From Podarcis cretensis (Eukaryota): a DNA stretch of 64,000 nucleotides. The notes below the pieces were generated by a model. It saw nothing but the letters and a program-made list of their open reading frames with translations, searched no databases and was not told where the DNA came from. The position numbers were made by a program, and so were the translations under genes. Shown in pieces: positions 61,607 to 64,000 of this stretch (position 1 is its first letter; each line of letters begins with the position of its first letter). The stretch lies in the NCBI GenBank assembly GCA_951804945.1, contig OX638156.1, positions 29,388,001 to 29,452,000 of the forward strand, written 5' to 3'.

Positions 61607-63794
61607 TTTTTTTTTAAATAATATTTATTACTTTTAAACAGTACAAAAAAAGAGAAAGAAAAGAAGAAAAAAGAAAACAATACAATACAATACAATGTAT
61701 AAATATTACACAACACAATACTAACACAATAAACTAAACAAAGCCAAACAAAAACAATTTAAAACACACATCATACAATTTCAATATCATAACTTTCATT
61801 TACTTGTTTCAACGACCTCCTCACACCTCCCTTTTTGTATTCCACTTCTGTTAATTGTTTCAGCAATTCCTTTCCATCTTTCTCTGTTTTCTGTCCTATA
61901 TTTATCTTAACATATTCTAACCTTATTTTTCCCTAATACTCTAATAATCTATCTATACTTAATTCCTTATAACAATTCTACTAAAGCCATATAACTTCAT
62001 TCCAACATTTTTCCAACATTCGTCAATTTTACAATATTTCTATAAATAGTCTTTAAACTTTTTCCAATCTTCTTCCACCGTCTCTTCTCCCTGGTCTCGG
62101 ATTCTGCCAGTCATTTCCACCAATTCCATATAGTCCATCAACCTGGTGATCTTCTGTCCGAGGCTCTTAACTCTTTTCCAAGTCCCTTCTGCAAGTCTTC
62201 TTCGTGCTTATACAGGAACTTTGCTTTGTCTTCTACTGATCTTATTTTTATTTTCCTTCCTTTGAGGCTGAAGAGTAGATCTCGGGGAAACTCCCTCCTA
62301 AAGATGATTTTATTCCTTCTCAACAGGGCAACCAAATCTCCATAGTTAGACCTAAGATCCAAAAGGTATTTCAGAACGTCTTTAAAAATTTCCTCTCTTG
62401 ACTGTTGTTCTTCTAAGTTATTCTGGTAGTTCCAACAGTCTCTTATTTTGTTCTTCTCTTTTTTCCCTCCTCTTCCAAGTCTGAAGGCCCTCACAATTTT
62501 AGTCTCTTCTTGACCCGAGTCCAGGTCCCAAGAAACAGCAAATTCCTGTGTGGGGAAGTCCATCAAATCCAGTTCAAGCAGGGCTCTGATCCTCAAAATC
62601 TGTTTTTCTTTAGAATCAATCATGACTGGCATCAACTTATGATCATCAAGTTGCGTCTGTGAGGCTGGGACTCTTTCTCTCTCCAATTGTGTTACTTTAG
62701 GTTCAACGGCAACAGCTTTCTCCCTAGCCTTCTCCGCAGTTTGCCATGTCAAAGTAGATTCCTGTGTCAATTTCTGGATAGTTTTTGTATTGATGTTCAC
62801 CTTTTGTCCCAAATTATTTATACTTTCTATATTTAAATCCAGCTTCTTGTGAAGCTGTTCCAGTGAGTCATTTATCTTACATAATGCAGCCACTAAGGCC
62901 TCTTCTGTCAACATTCTTGACCGATTCAAGGTCAGTCCCAGAATCTCACAGCTTTTTATCTTACAGCTGGAAATTCCCCCAGCTCAACTCTTATAACAGT
63001 TTCAAAGGCTTCCTCTAGAGGGAAACAGTTTCTATTTGTATTAGTCCTTTTAAACAAAGTTCAAACAATAAAGTTAGTTTCAATTTTCAGTTACTTTTAC
63101 TCCTTTTTAAGAGCAGACGGAGAGAATGGAAACAATGTATCTCTCTTATTTAGCTAGCTGTCAGCGAACGTTCTATTTACTATCAATGAACAATCCAAAA
63201 ACGCCAGTCTTACTAGCAGCCCGTTTCCAGGTTCGGAGCGGTGGTATTTTAACTTTCTTGTCTCTCTCCTGCAGGCACACACAATCCAAAACTTCCCCCT
63301 CTTCTCCTGCTTCCAAGGGGGGTTTAATGTTTTCTACCGATGGAAATTTAGTCCTTTACAGTAGACTTTCCAAGACTTTAGCTTACAGTCTCTTTGCTTC
63401 AGTCTGTTTACAAAAGGGGAAGGCGGACTTCCTGTTTTGAACCTCCCCATTTCGGTGCCAAATTAAGACGTTTAAAAATCCAATTCTCCGCTCTACTCAC
63501 GGGTAGTTGCTTTAAGATCAAATTGTCCACAGGAAAAAGTCAGTGCTCTCCGGCAACAGCTATGCAGCTTCGCTCCGTGGAAGAAGCAGTCAATTTGAAG
63601 CACTGTGCCACTCACCCCACGTCGCTCCAGAACCCCGAAACCGGGTTTCCCCGTGAGTGGGGGAGGCGCAAAAGCTGCCAGCCGAATCCCACGTTCACAG
63701 GCTTTGCCGTGGCGGCCAGACCCAGATTTCCACGAGGCAAATTCCTTCTGATCAGAGGAATTCCGCCATTACCGGAGGCGCCAACCCGGAAGTC
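61607..63794 (-). mobile_element. Complete non-autonomous L1 derivative: 5' UTR + ORF1-like (62138-62929) + short ORF2 C-terminal remnant + 3' UTR + poly(A)
   Basis: Perfect 17-bp TSD gataggctgccctctct (61590-61606, 63795-63811); starts GACTTCCGG; coiled-coil ORF1-like protein; poly(A) at 61607. Confidence 0.85.
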
Positions 63795-64000
63795 GATAGG
63801 CTGCCCTCTCTGGCCTCTTGGCAAACTCCCTTGTCAGGGAGAAAGGAACCCTGCTGACAACACAGTCCTAAACACCGAGGCTGCAGGTTCGATTCCCATA
63901 TAGGGCAGCTGCATATTCCTACATTGCAGAGGGTTGGACTAGATGATCCTCAGGGTCCCATCCAACTCTACAATTTTATGATTCCATGCATGCTTGCTCA

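Noticed and set aside
21200-64000. RUNX3 or RH coding exons
   Set aside because: No Runt-domain or Rh-like translation seen; RUNX3 proximity is only a synteny inference

Overview
Vertebrate genomic DNA, most likely a squamate (lacertid-type lizard, inferred from Sauria SINEs, BovB/RTE, tRNA-derived SINEs, CR1, L2, L1 and many Tc1/mariner and hAT MITEs). The first 21 kb hold three housekeeping genes. TMEM50A (minus strand; non-coding exon 1 and first coding exon only) lies head-to-head with RSRP1 (plus strand), which is followed by a complete 7-exon SYF2 (minus strand, 249 aa) convergent on RSRP1. The remaining ~43 kb has no recognisable host coding exon. It is a repeat-rich desert with motif-dense unique islands, probably the interval towards RUNX3 (inference from mammalian synteny). 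Best leads: (1) a ~430-460 bp TG..CA solo-LTR-like element, present twice, that keeps an Arg-rich/NLS-like ORF followed by a splice donor held in a hairpin; (2) a complete, TSD-flanked ORF1-only L1 derivative; (3) a CR1 insertion ending in a 124-bp near-perfect fold-back; (4) an unusual RSRP1 with a 72-aa in-frame N-terminal extension, a poison exon and apparently decayed C-terminal exons; (5) SYF2 apparently inverted relative to mammals. Comparisons with human or mouse are from memory and need database checks.
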